DNA from: Thecamonas trahens ATCC 50062
Lineage: Eukaryota; Protista; Apusomonadida
DNA: 18,445 nucleotides
Assembly: GCF_000142905.1 (NCBI RefSeq)
Contig: NW_013657647.1
Coordinates: 389,328 to 407,772 of the forward strand
Reading direction: 5' to 3'
The position numbers and the translations under genes were made by a program. Each line of letters begins with the position of its first letter. The first letter of the stretch is position 1. The notes under the pieces were generated by a model. The model made no database searches. It was not told the DNA's origin and saw only the letters and a list, made by a program, of their open reading frames with translations. Positions 8,624-18,445 of the stretch are shown in pieces.

Positions 8624-9680
8624 ATGTCCATCCATCGGAGAGTAGACACACGAGTCCAGCCGCCACCACCAGGCCATTGCCATGTCCGCTGTGTCTCGTG
8701 CCGTGGCATCCTCAACGTGCCTGTGGGCGAGTCGCTTGTCCGCTGTCCCTGCGGCCAGGTGTTGAAGAGTACGCACAAGACAGCCACGCGTGCCTACATA
8801 CAGAGACCAAGAGCACACATATATATATATACATATATATATGTGTATGGGTGGGTGTGTGGGGGTGGGGTATGGGGGTGATTATCGTGGTGATGATGGT
8901 GATTGTCGTGGTGATGATGGTGATTGTCGTGGTGATGGTGGTGGTGGTGGGCCCTAGTCTCTCCGCCTGTCGTCGTCGGTGACTTGTGCGCATGCTGCCA
9001 TGACCGTGGCTTTGTTGGCTATGGGAAAGGGGGAGAAGGGGGGGGGTGGGGGGGGGTGGGGGTGGGGGAGAGTGCAGGCAGTGGCGGTGTTCCGTCTGGT
9101 GGCACCTATCCTCTCTGTCTTTTGTTGCTGTGTGTGGTCGGAGAGAGCACAGCGCGGTCACATCGATGGCCGGCGGCAAAGGAGATGGCCGCACGACTCG
9201 ACTCACTTGGCTCTCTCCTCACACCGCACAGTGCCTCCGCAGGCAGCGGCCCCGATGCATCAGCAGGCAGAGGTGCCGATGGTGCGGGCAAAGTGCCGAT
9301 CATGCCGAGGCATCATCGAGTTTCCGGCTCATGTTACCCAGGTCATGTGTCCGTGCGGCGCCCTGGTGTCGATTGTGGCACAGACGGAGCCCGTAGGCAG
9401 GCGGCGCGCGGTGGGAACCGCACCTGGCGCGACGGGCAGGACTAACAAGTCTGGCTACTCGCAGCTGGGCAACGCTGCGCCCGAACCGTTGCCGTCTACC
9501 AACACCCCCGCCGCGGCTCCGGGATCTGTCCGGGCGCACGCTGCCGAGATCGACTCGGACTCGGACTCGGACCTCGAGGAGGACGACTCGTTCTCGCGCT
9601 CGGACTCGGACGAGGGCCTGCAAGTCAACGCGTCAGCCCAGACCGGAGCCAAGCCGGTGGGGCAGCCGTCCATTTTGTAG
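8624..9680 (+). CDS. Two-exon protein (8624-8768, 9232-9680; 197 aa) with two LSD1-like zinc ribbons and an acidic Ser/Asp tail
   Basis: CVSCRGILNVPVGESLVRCPC and CRSCRGIIEFPAHVTQVMCPC, both CxxC-x14-CxC. The phase-1 intron 8769-9231 joins them in frame (A+TG). Confidence 0.78.
8769..9231 (+). other. Spliceosomal intron with (AT)n, G-runs and 21-bp GTGGTGATGATGGTGATTGTC repeats
   Basis: GTACGC donor, GACTCAC branch-like motif near 9200, pyrimidine tract, CAG acceptor; phase is consistent with both exons. Confidence 0.8.
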
Positions 9681-9691
9681 CCATCCAGCGT

Positions 9692-12600
9692 TTACTCCAT
9701 CTGCAGCGACGAGAGCCCGCCGGCGACCATCGACTCGGTCTCGGCCAGCCTGAATGTGGTGGCATGGCTCTCGATGGTGTCCAGCGGCGGCGGCGGTGCA
9801 ATCGAGTTAAATTGCTGCGACTCGACGTGGCCGATGGCCACAGAATCCATCGACGACATGGTTACCAGCGTCGCGCCGTCACCGTCGGTGTCCTCGCTCG
9901 TCCGCATCATGCCCATCATCTCATCGTCGAGCTCCTCCGCGGCCTTGCGCTCCGACCGCAGCATGCGCAGCACGTCTAGAACGTTGCCGACCACGATGCC
10001 GACCACAATCGTCACAATGCCGATGCCCACGCCGGCGTGCCGGACCTTGCGATCCTCCACGGTTCCGGCCTCGAGAACCAGCGCCGCCGCCGCAAGCACC
10101 CCGACCGCCAGGCTGTTGTGCAGCGTTGCCCGGTACGGGAGGACGACCGCGAGATGGACGAGCGAGCCGGCGAGGACCACCACACCGGCCGATGCCTTGG
10201 AGTCAGGCGCGGCAAAGGCTGTGAGGACGGCGACAAGGACAAGCTTGCGGCCCATGATGGCCGCCTCAAAGTACCAGTGTGCGTCCTTGAATCGCGCGAC
10301 AAGGAAGCCGTACTTGAGAACAAAGCTGATGCCGTCTTCGCGAGCCCGTTGCCGGCGGAGCACAAAGACGACGAGGCTGGGAACAGCCAGGGCGTAGACA
10401 AGGATGCCGGCAAAGCCGATCGGGAATAAGGCCCACCATCGCGAGTCGTAGCATGCCCGCGATGGATCGTCCGCCACATACCACCGGCCGGCCTCGTCGC
10501 GGGCACAGCCAAAGACAGAGAACGCCGCAGCCACCAGCGGGAGGTACAGCAGGACCAGGATCTGGAACATGGTCCGGACGCTCGCCGATATCAACTGCGC
10601 GCTAGTCTTGTGGCAGAACCACGGGGCGCCTGCCATCTGCAGCGGGTAGAACGTGGTGCACACCACGATCACCACCACGATCGCCGCCATCACTGGCAGC
10701 AGGAGCGTGAGGATGAGCTTGACCACCCAGACGTCGACGCCTGCGCTCGCAGCACACTCGGGCGACGACAGCTCGATGTTGAGGTTCACGCTCGACGCAA
10801 TGTCGAAGAACAGATCGCCAAAGTCGCCCCACTCGATCTCGATCTTGCCGTAGAGCGCGGCGACCTGAAGTGCGTTGAGCCCAATCATCGCCGCAGCGAA
10901 GCGGTAGTTGAGCTGCTCCGAGAGGTTGAACACGAGCAGGAGCGCCACAAGTGCCACGCCGGCCAGCACAAGCAGCGTGATGATCACACCTTGGCGGGTC
11001 GAATCGCACGGCCGGCATGCTGTGCCGAGTCGATAGTAGCCGTGCGCGCAGGCAGAGCACATGGTCGACTGGTAGCCGGCGGCGCATCTACCGCCGCCGA
11101 CGCACGCCGCCGCGTTCGGGCACGAGAGGAAGAGCTCTTCGGATCCGTCAATGGGGAAGAAGCCGCGGCCGGCCCGCGGCTTGGTCCATCCGCCGTCGCA
11201 CACCGCGCCGCGTGGGCACGGCTCGCAAGCCGCCGTCAGCATCGGCGGTGCCTCGCGGGTCCACGCCCCCAACTCACACTCGCAGCTCACCAGGGCCGTC
11301 GCATTGGCTGCCGCCCGCCGGAACGCTCGTCCCGGGCAGATTGGAATGGCATTGCACGGCTCCGCCGACGAGCTCGGCGAGTACGAGCCGTCTGAGCAGG
11401 GCACGCATCGCAGGAGCTCGCTCTCGGTGCTGCTGAGCCCGCTCGCCCCATAGCCCGGCGGGCAGAGGCCGAGCACGATCGCCACTGTTTCGCGGGCCTG
11501 CGAGCCGGGCCCCTCGAGTGTGATCGCTAGCTCAAGCTCGGCAGGCAGCGCCGAGCCAGGCCCGCTCACCACCACTGAGTCGAGCGCTGCGCCGCCGCCG
11601 GCTCTGATGGCGAACTGGATGCCGAGCTCGGCACCGCGAACGGCAAATGGCGCGGCGACCGAGATCGAGGCCACGAGTGAGCCGTCGACAACCGCCTGGC
11701 CGAGCGCATCGGTTGCGCCGACCCAGCCCGAGCCGACAGCAACGCCCGTGATGACCGCAGCTGAGCTCGGTAGGTTGATTGTCAGCGCCGTGGCAGGCGT
11801 TGCGCCGACAGGCCCGTACCCATCGGCAGTCAGTGTTGCACTGCCGGCATTGGCTGGCGGCTGAATCCAGGTTGGCAACGACGCGCTTCCGCTGCATACG
11901 AACCAGAGGCCGCCTCCGATCCGCGCACTGCTGGGGCCGGACATGCTCGCCGAGGCAGCGCTGATCTCGGCCCCACAGGCGAACATTGAGCCGCCGTAGC
12001 TGGCTGTGTTGTGAGCGAGGGTGGAGCCGGACCCGATGACGAGGGTCGGGCGGGCTAGCGCGGCAACAGGGGACGAGACTGGTGAGAGCCATGCAGCCGA
12101 GCTGGCGGCAGCATCGAGCATGACGTAGCCGGCGGCCATGCTCGCCACCGCTCCGCCGTAGGCGGCATCGTTACCAGAGATGAAAGCGGCATCGCCCAGG
12201 CTGAGCTGGGCTCCTGTGGCCGCAAAGGCAGCGACACCGCCGCCGGCGAGCCGCGCCGAGTTTGCCGAGATGCCTGTTCGCGAGATAGAGACGGTCGAGT
12301 GCGAGCTCGCGGCGTCGAGCATGATGCCGCCGCCCGAGCCAGCGGCGGCGATGTTGGCGGTGATGCAGCCGCCGGTGATGGTGATGGTTGCCGAGTTGGC
12401 CACGACGGCCAGTCCGCCACCACCACGGCCGCCGGCCTTGTTGCCGCGGAGGACGGTGTTGACAAGAGTCAGCGAGGGCGCCTGGCCGAGGGCGACGATG
12501 CCGCCGCCGACGTCCGAGGCCGAGTTGGCGACAAACTCGCAGCCGATGGCCTCCACTACGGCGCCATCGACGACCGCAAGCGCGCCGCCCATGCCGGCAA

Positions 12601-15300
12601 AGAACTGAAAGGGAGAGGCCGATATGGAGGAGAAGCTGGTGATGGTGACGTTGGCCATCCGCAGATCGGCGCCAGCGCCTGCGGCGCGGAGGCCCGTGAC
12701 GGCGGTGGGCGACGCGCCGACGGTGGCGTTGGCGAGGACAAGATTGGCCAGGGTCAGCTGGCCGCCGGCAACGACCTCCCACAGGACGCCGCCACCGCCG
12801 ATGGCACAGTCGATGACCGGGCGGGTAGCCGAGGCTGGGCCCGAGATGGACCACCATGCGTCAGCCGGGACGAGTAGATGGCCGGCAGTCGGGCAGTGGC
12901 CGAGTGTTGCACCGGGCGGTAGCTCGATCTCGACGGGCATACATCGCGATGCGGTGCTGAGGGCGTAGTGGAGGTCAAAGACGGTGGGATGGGACGGGAG
13001 GAGCGGAAGGGCTGGCTTTGCGCGCAGCGCTGGGCGCTGGACAAAGAGGCGGACCGAGTTCTCGGCGGGGATGGTGGCGGTGAGGTCGAGGAAGCCGTCG
13101 TTGTTGATGTCGCCAAGGGCGACGTTGGCGGGGCGATCAAAGAGCGATGTGACGGTCTGGGCCTCTTCCCAGTCTCGCCCGCCGGCGTTGGCAACAAAGA
13201 CGATGCGATCATCCCCGGCCGAGCCGAGGGCCAGGTCGGGGCTCCCGTCACCGTTGACGTCGACGCATGGGCCGAGGTATGGGTCGGCAAAGACACCGGG
13301 CACGGCGATGGGCGCCGAGAACGAGCCGGGCGATGTGAGCGATCCGTAGGCAACGCTCACGACAGGCGAGCCACCATTTGTACCGAGGATGATATCAAGC
13401 GCGCCGTCAGCGTCGGCGTCGCAAAGGGCGAGCGAGCGCGGGAAGCCGGCGGTGGGCGAGTGGATGGCGGCGAGTGGAGCAAAGGCGAGCGGAGCCGAGG
13501 GCGCATCGAGGTTGCGGAGCCAGCCAAAGAGCCTGATGGTGGAGTAGGAGACGGCAATATCCGGGCGGCCGTCGCCATCGATGTCGCCGATGGCGATGTC
13601 GACGGTGACGACGTCGGTCGGGGCGGTGTCGTGAATAGCTAGCGCGGGCCAGGTGGCGGAGAATGCGACAGCAGGCCCGGGGTTGGTGTAGACCTTGACC
13701 GCCGAAGTGGGCGCGACCGAGTCTGCGCAGGCAGCGACGATGTCTGGGGCGTTGTCGCCGTTGAGATCGGCTACCTTGACTTTCATGGCGCCGGCGCAGT
13801 CTGCGTCGACGACAAAGGGCGCGGTGGCAAAGGAGCCGCGACCGGCGTTGCGCCACAGACCGACAGTGGCGGCGTCGTCGCCGGCGGCGACGAGGTCGAT
13901 GGCGCCGTCGGCGTCAAAGTCGGCGTGATCGACGGCACGGGCGCCGAGGAAGACACCCGAGATGAGGGTCTCAGGCTCGTCGATAAAGAAGCCGCGGCCG
14001 TCGTTGGGGTGGAGGACGAGCGAGTTGTCGTTGGGCGAGGCGACGACGACGTCTTTCCATCCATCGCCGGTAAAGTCGGCTATGGTGGCCCATGCGGCTC
14101 CGTTGGCGGTGACAGTGACGGTGCGGTACTTGGGAAAGACGCGGGTGAGGGCTGGCGCCGGAAAGGTGAGGAGGTGGACGGCCGAGGAGGTGGTGTCGGC
14201 GGTGACGATATCGAGTTGGCCATCGCCGTCAAAGTCGGCAAGGGTGAGGCCAATGGCGTCGACATTGTCCATGATCTCTTGCTTGCCGGCGATGAAGAGG
14301 CCGGGTGCGGCGGCGAGGACGACGACCACGTGGTTGCCGGTTGAGTCTGCGGCGACGATGTCGGGCAGATTGTCACCGTTGATGTCGGCGAGGGCGAGCG
14401 AACGCGGCCCGTTGATGTCATCGATGATGGCGATGCGCTCTGCAAAGGAGCCGGAGCCGTCGTTGCGGCGAAAGGAGATGAGGTCCTCGCTGAGCGAGGA
14501 GATGAGCACGTCAACGTCGCCGTCGAGGTCGACGTCGCCAAGCGCGATGTGGCGCGGATGGTCGACAACTGGAGCCACGATGCGATGGGCGTTGACGACA
14601 GCAGAGAGGTTGGCGGAGCCTGAGTACCAGGTGACGATGTCGGAGACGACCCAGGGGACAACAATGTCAAGCACGTTGTCCTCGTCGATGAAGCCGAGCT
14701 TGAGCTCTGCCGGCGCCAGATAAGCGTCGGCGATGACAATGTAGGCGCCAGAGGCCATGCCGAGGAGGTCGCCCGGAGAGGCTACAGCAACGCCGACGTG
14801 GTTGGATTCAAAGAGGGAAAAGGCCAGATCAAGCAGGCCGTCGCCGGTGACGTCGCCGACAGCCACAGCATGCGGCCCAGAGTCGAGCGGTAGAGCGAGG
14901 ACTGAGCGGTGGGCAAGGGAAAGGAGGCGTTCCAGCCAATGTTGCGAAAGAGAACAATCTCATGAGCAGAGCCCGCAAAGGGAACTACAAGATCCGGTGA
15001 GCCATCACCATCGACATCATTGGTAGCCATGGCGCCACCGTGAGTCAGTGAGCTCTCCGATAGCGCCACGGTCCAATTACCAGCCGAGTTGCGGATGACG
15101 AGCCGCAAGCCGCCAGCGCCGGCCACGGCAACATCAGGCAGCGGATGGTGGAGGGAGAAGTGAGCAGATATGACCGCAGTCGGACCATTAAGCCCGGCAT
15201 CAATGTCATTAGCCTCTGCATGTGCAAGCGCAAGCTCACACACCGCATGGGCAGCTGTGGCCATGAGTAGCAGTGCGCATGTCAGCCACACCAATTTCAT
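9692..15300 (-). CDS. Giant multi-pass receptor/adhesin (~1,870 aa): signal peptide, 14 FG-GAP/VCBS repeats, Pmp-like beta-helix, Cys-rich repeats, ~9 TM helices; 1-nt frameshift at ~14920-14922
   Basis: MKLVWLTCALLLMATAAHA signal peptide at 15300. Recurrent D-x-(D/N)-G-D-G-xx-D motifs; repeated N-x-A-x(1-3)-GG(A/G)-hydrophobic motifs; CPPGY...CxPCxxGxYS...CxPCPxGAxC...CxxGY...CxxCxxGYY; TM domain with YGFL...WYFE...RK and PY...N motifs. One extra T in TTT (minus strand) joins ORFs 14782-15567 and 9692-14866. Confidence 0.88.
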
Positions 15301-15427
15301 AGCTTTGTCGGGTAGAGTGAGGTGACGCAGAGCGCGGCGGCTCCACCACCGCTTTCTCCCGGCTCCACGGGCTCCACCACCGTGATGTTGGGCTTGTCGC
15401 ACGTTTACAGGCCGGCAATGGTCGGTC

Positions 15428-15490
15428 GGTGTGTTTGTATGTGTGTGTGTTTGTATGTGTATGTATGTGTATGTGTGTGTGTGTGTGTGT
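15428..15490. repeat. Imperfect (TG)n / TATG microsatellite
   Basis: gtgtgtttgtatgtgtgtgtgt...gtgtgtgtgt. Confidence 0.9.
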
Positions 15491-15539
15491 AGGTGAAGGG
15501 AGGGCGTGGCGTGGTCATCTTGCGCGATCGGTACGCTTG

Positions 15540-15890
15540 TTATTGGCTCGCCACTTGCAGGTGGCATGCTGCAGGTGCGATGCAGCCCGGGATGGCCCAG
15601 AAGAAGTGGAGGGCGGTATCGTCCTGGTTGGCAAGGTATCGGATGACTAACTCGGCCGTCGAGGTGATTCTGGCCGTGTGGCTTGGCTTCTTGGGCCTTT
15701 TCCTCCTCACGCTCTTCTCCACGCGCAGTTCAAGGGACGGCTCGACGGCGTTGATGTCGGCGCCGGAGTTAATGAGAAAGACAAAGACAGAGATGGAGAG
15801 CGGGGGTCGTCTCTGCGGCATGAAGGACGATGAAGAGGACGAGGGTGGCCTTGGTGATGCCGCTGGTTAGCTCGGTGGCGCCATCGTGCT
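15540..15890 (-). pseudogene. Degenerate ankyrin-repeat fragment
   Basis: FLINSGADINAV and QDDTALH lie in ORF 15540-15821; TTPALHLC lies in the neighbouring frame just upstream. No intact repeat array. Confidence 0.4.
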
Positions 15891-16035
15891 GCAGGGTGGG
15901 CGGGCGCTCAACCCTCTCTTGCTACGGCATGTGAGTATACTTGATAATGGTGCCGCTGGTGGTGCGGTTCCGATCGAGCCTCTCGAGACGGCGACTGTGC
16001 CCATGGTGCAGATAGGGGGCGGCGGGGCGGCTATG

Positions 16036-16407
16036 TCACAGAATGACGCACCTCTTGCTCGAACTGTGTCCACCAGGCTCGCCAGCGTCGGTGGAAGCGC
16101 GGCGGGCTTGGCGGTCGCTGCGGATGCTGCGAACGAGCTCTTCAAAGACGCGATCGATGTTGGCGCCAGTCTTGGCCGATGTCTCGTAAAAGTTGCAGAC
16201 AAGTGAAGCGGCGGCTTGCGTGCCTTTGCTCGCCTCGACTGTGCGCTGACTGTCAAGATCGGCCTTGTTGCCGACAAGGACCATCGGGAACGAGTCGACG
16301 TCCTTCATCCGCATGATGTGCTCGCGGAACAAGTCGATCTCGTCGAAGGATAAGCGGCTCGTGATGTCATAAATGCAGATGAAGCCGTCGCCGAGCCGCA
16401 AGAGCAT
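16036..16407 (-). pseudogene. 5'-truncated Ras/Rap-family small GTPase (C-terminal two-thirds)
   Basis: GDGFICIYDITSRLSF...IMRMKDVDSFPMVLVGNKADL (G4)...FYETSAKTGANIDRVFEELVRSI (G5)...KRCVIL* (CaaX). An in-frame TGA lies just upstream, there is no good AG acceptor nearby, and no GxxxxGKS or DTAG exon was found in 16408-16770. Confidence 0.8.
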
Positions 16408-16768
16408 AAATTTCCATTTTCAACCGAACCCCGCGCATCGGCAGACTGAGCTCTCTCCTTGTCGATCGCATGCCGACACTATCGGCTTTGATGGAGCGGA
16501 AACCCTCCCGCCGACCGGCTTGATGACGATGCGCGACGACAACGGCGTTGATCTCGGGTGTACACGAGAGCGTAGGTCACCATGCCAATCGGCACGTTGT
16601 GCTGGCATTGGAGGTCGAGCCAGCGGAGCGACCGCTTGGCTGACACCCGAGAGTGTCGGGTCGGCTACGGCTCGGTGTGACTTCTGTTGGGCGTGGGCAG
16701 GGTGGCTCCGCAGAGCCAACCCCCCCTCCCCTCCCGAGTTGCGCCACCTCTCTACAGCAATCGACGAC

Positions 16769-18445
16769 ATGGAAGGCAGGGTTGCTGTGCTTGTGTGCGC
16801 TGCGCGTGCGGGACATTTGGAGACTGTGAAGAGGATGGTGGCTGACGGCGTGTCGTTGTATGCAAAGGCGAAGGCGGGAGAAGAAGAACGGGACACGGCG
16901 TTGACGGGAGCGGCACGGAACGGTCAGCTGGATGTGGTGCGGTGGCTGGTGGGCGAGGGCGGGGCGGAGGTAGACAATGCCGTGGACGGCGGGTATACTC
17001 CACTGTGCATTGCTGCGTCCAATGGTCAGCTGGATGTGGTGCGGTGGCTGGTGGGCGAGGGCGGGGCGGAGGTAGACAATGCCGTGGACGGCGGGTATAC
17101 TCCACTGTGCATTGCTGCGTCCAATGGTCAGCTGGATGTGGTGCGGTGGCTGGTGGGCGAGGGCGGGGCGGGTGTCGACAAGGCCAACAACAACGGGGCT
17201 ACGCCGCTGTATATCGCTGCGCAGAACGGGCATCTGGATGTGGTGTGGTGGTTGGCTGGCGAGGGTGGAGCAGATGTCGACAAGGCCGCAGATGGCGGAT
17301 ATGCTCCGCTGTACATGGCTGCGCAGAACGGGCATCTGGATGTGGTGCGGTGGCTGGGGGCGAGGGCGGGGCGGAGGTAGACAAGGCCAACAACAACGGG
17401 GCTACGCCGCTGTATATCGCTGCGCAGAACGGGCATCTGGATGTGGTGCGGTGGCTGGCTGGCGAGGGCGGGGCNNNNNNNNNNNNNNNNNNNNNNNNNN
17501 NNNNNNNNNNNNNNNNNNNNNNNNNNNNNNNNNNNNNNNNNNNNNNNNNNNNNNNNNNNNNNNNNNNNNNNNNNNNNNNNNNNNNNNNNNNNNNNNNNNN
17601 NNNNNNNNNNNNCGCTGTACATCGCTGCGTCCAACGGCCATCTGGATGTGGTGCGGTGGCTGGTGGGCGAGGGCGGGGCGGATGTCGACAAGGCCGCAGA
17701 TGGCGGATATGCTCCGCTGTACATGGCGGCGCAGAACGGGCATCTGGATGTGGTGCGGTGGCTGGCGGGCGAGGGCGGGCGGAGGTAGACAAGGCCAACA
17801 ACAACGGGGCTACGCCGCTGTATATCGCTGCGCAGAACGGGCATCTGGATGTGGTGCGGTGGCTGGCTGGCGAGGGCGGGGCGGATGTCATCAAGGCCGC
17901 TAGCGACGGGTATACTCCGCTGCACGTCGCTGCGTCCAACGGGCATCTGGATGTGGTGCGATGGCTGGTAGACGAGGGCGGGGCGGATGTCGACAAGGCC
18001 GCTGGCGGCGGATATGCTCCGCTGTACATCGCTGCGTCCAATGGCCATCTGGATGTGGTGCGGTGGCTGGTGGGCGAGGGTGGAGCGGATGTCGACAAGG
18101 CCGCAGATGGCGGATATGCTCCGCTGTACATGGCGGCGCAGAACGGGCATCTGGATGTGGTGCGGTGGCTGGCGGGCGAGGGCGGGGCGAGTGTCGACAA
18201 GGCCAACAACAACGGGGCTACGCCGCTGTATATCGCTGCGCAGAACGGGAATCTGGATGTGGTGCGGTGGCTGGCTGGCGAGGGCGGGGCGGGTATCGAC
18301 AAGGCCGCTGGCGGCGGATATGCTCCGCTGTACATCGCTGCGTCCAATGGCCATCTGGAGTGTGGTGCGGTGGCTGGTGGGCGAGGGTGGAGCCGATGTC
18401 GACAAGGCCGCGTGGCGGCGGATATGCTCCGCTGTACATGGCGGC
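16769..18445 (+). CDS. Ankyrin-repeat protein with at least 15 highly similar 34-aa (102-bp) repeats; 3'-partial, gapped, with several 1-nt frameshifts
   Basis: Repeats of G-x-(T/A)PLxxAAxNGHLDVVRWLxGEGGAxVDKA. Frame slips near 17357, 17778, 18360 and 18412; N gap at 17475-17612. Confidence 0.9.
17475..17612. other. Assembly gap (138 N)
   Basis: Run of N inside the ankyrin array. Confidence 1.

Noticed and set aside
14915-14925. Programmed ribosomal frameshift in the receptor gene
   Set aside because: A single missing base in a short homopolymer explains it, and similar indels recur across the window (7305, 17357, 17778), pointing to sequencing error.
13040-15300. Integrin alpha subunit
   Set aside because: It has FG-GAP repeats, but about 14 of them, no thigh/calf domains, no single TM with GFFKR, and a multi-pass C-terminus.
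16373-16768. N-terminal 132 aa of ORF 16373-17380 as part of the ankyrin protein
   Set aside because: It overlaps the Ras fragment antisense and has no domain-like features. ATG 16769, or a CAG acceptor at ~16757, precedes the first ankyrin cap.

Overview
GC-rich, gene-dense eukaryotic DNA with GT-AG introns, several single-base assembly-type frameshifts and one N gap. The gene content and style suggest a flagellated unicellular protist such as an apusomonad; this is inference only. From left to right: (1) the 3' part of an intron-containing EMC7 gene; (2) a ~1,490-aa surface protein with signal peptide, SPPPP stalk, 10 bacterial Ig-like (Big_5-type) repeats, a PSI-like Cys module and 5 TM helices, the last four claudin/PMP22-like; (3) a GGGCGAT-(TG)n compound minisatellite; (4) a TMEM249 (CatSper-theta)-like gene; (5) a frameshifted Faf1/C1orf131-like ribosome biogenesis gene; (6) an AT-rich array of eight 40-bp palindromic repeats; (7) a two-exon gene with two LSD1-like zinc ribbons; (8) a ~1,870-aa receptor-like protein with 14 FG-GAP repeats, a Pmp-like beta-helix, a Cys-rich region and ~9 TM helices; (9) a degenerate ankyrin fragment; (10) a 5'-truncated Ras-family gene; (11) a highly homogeneous 102-bp ankyrin repeat gene running off the window. 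All family assignments are by motif recognition, not database search.
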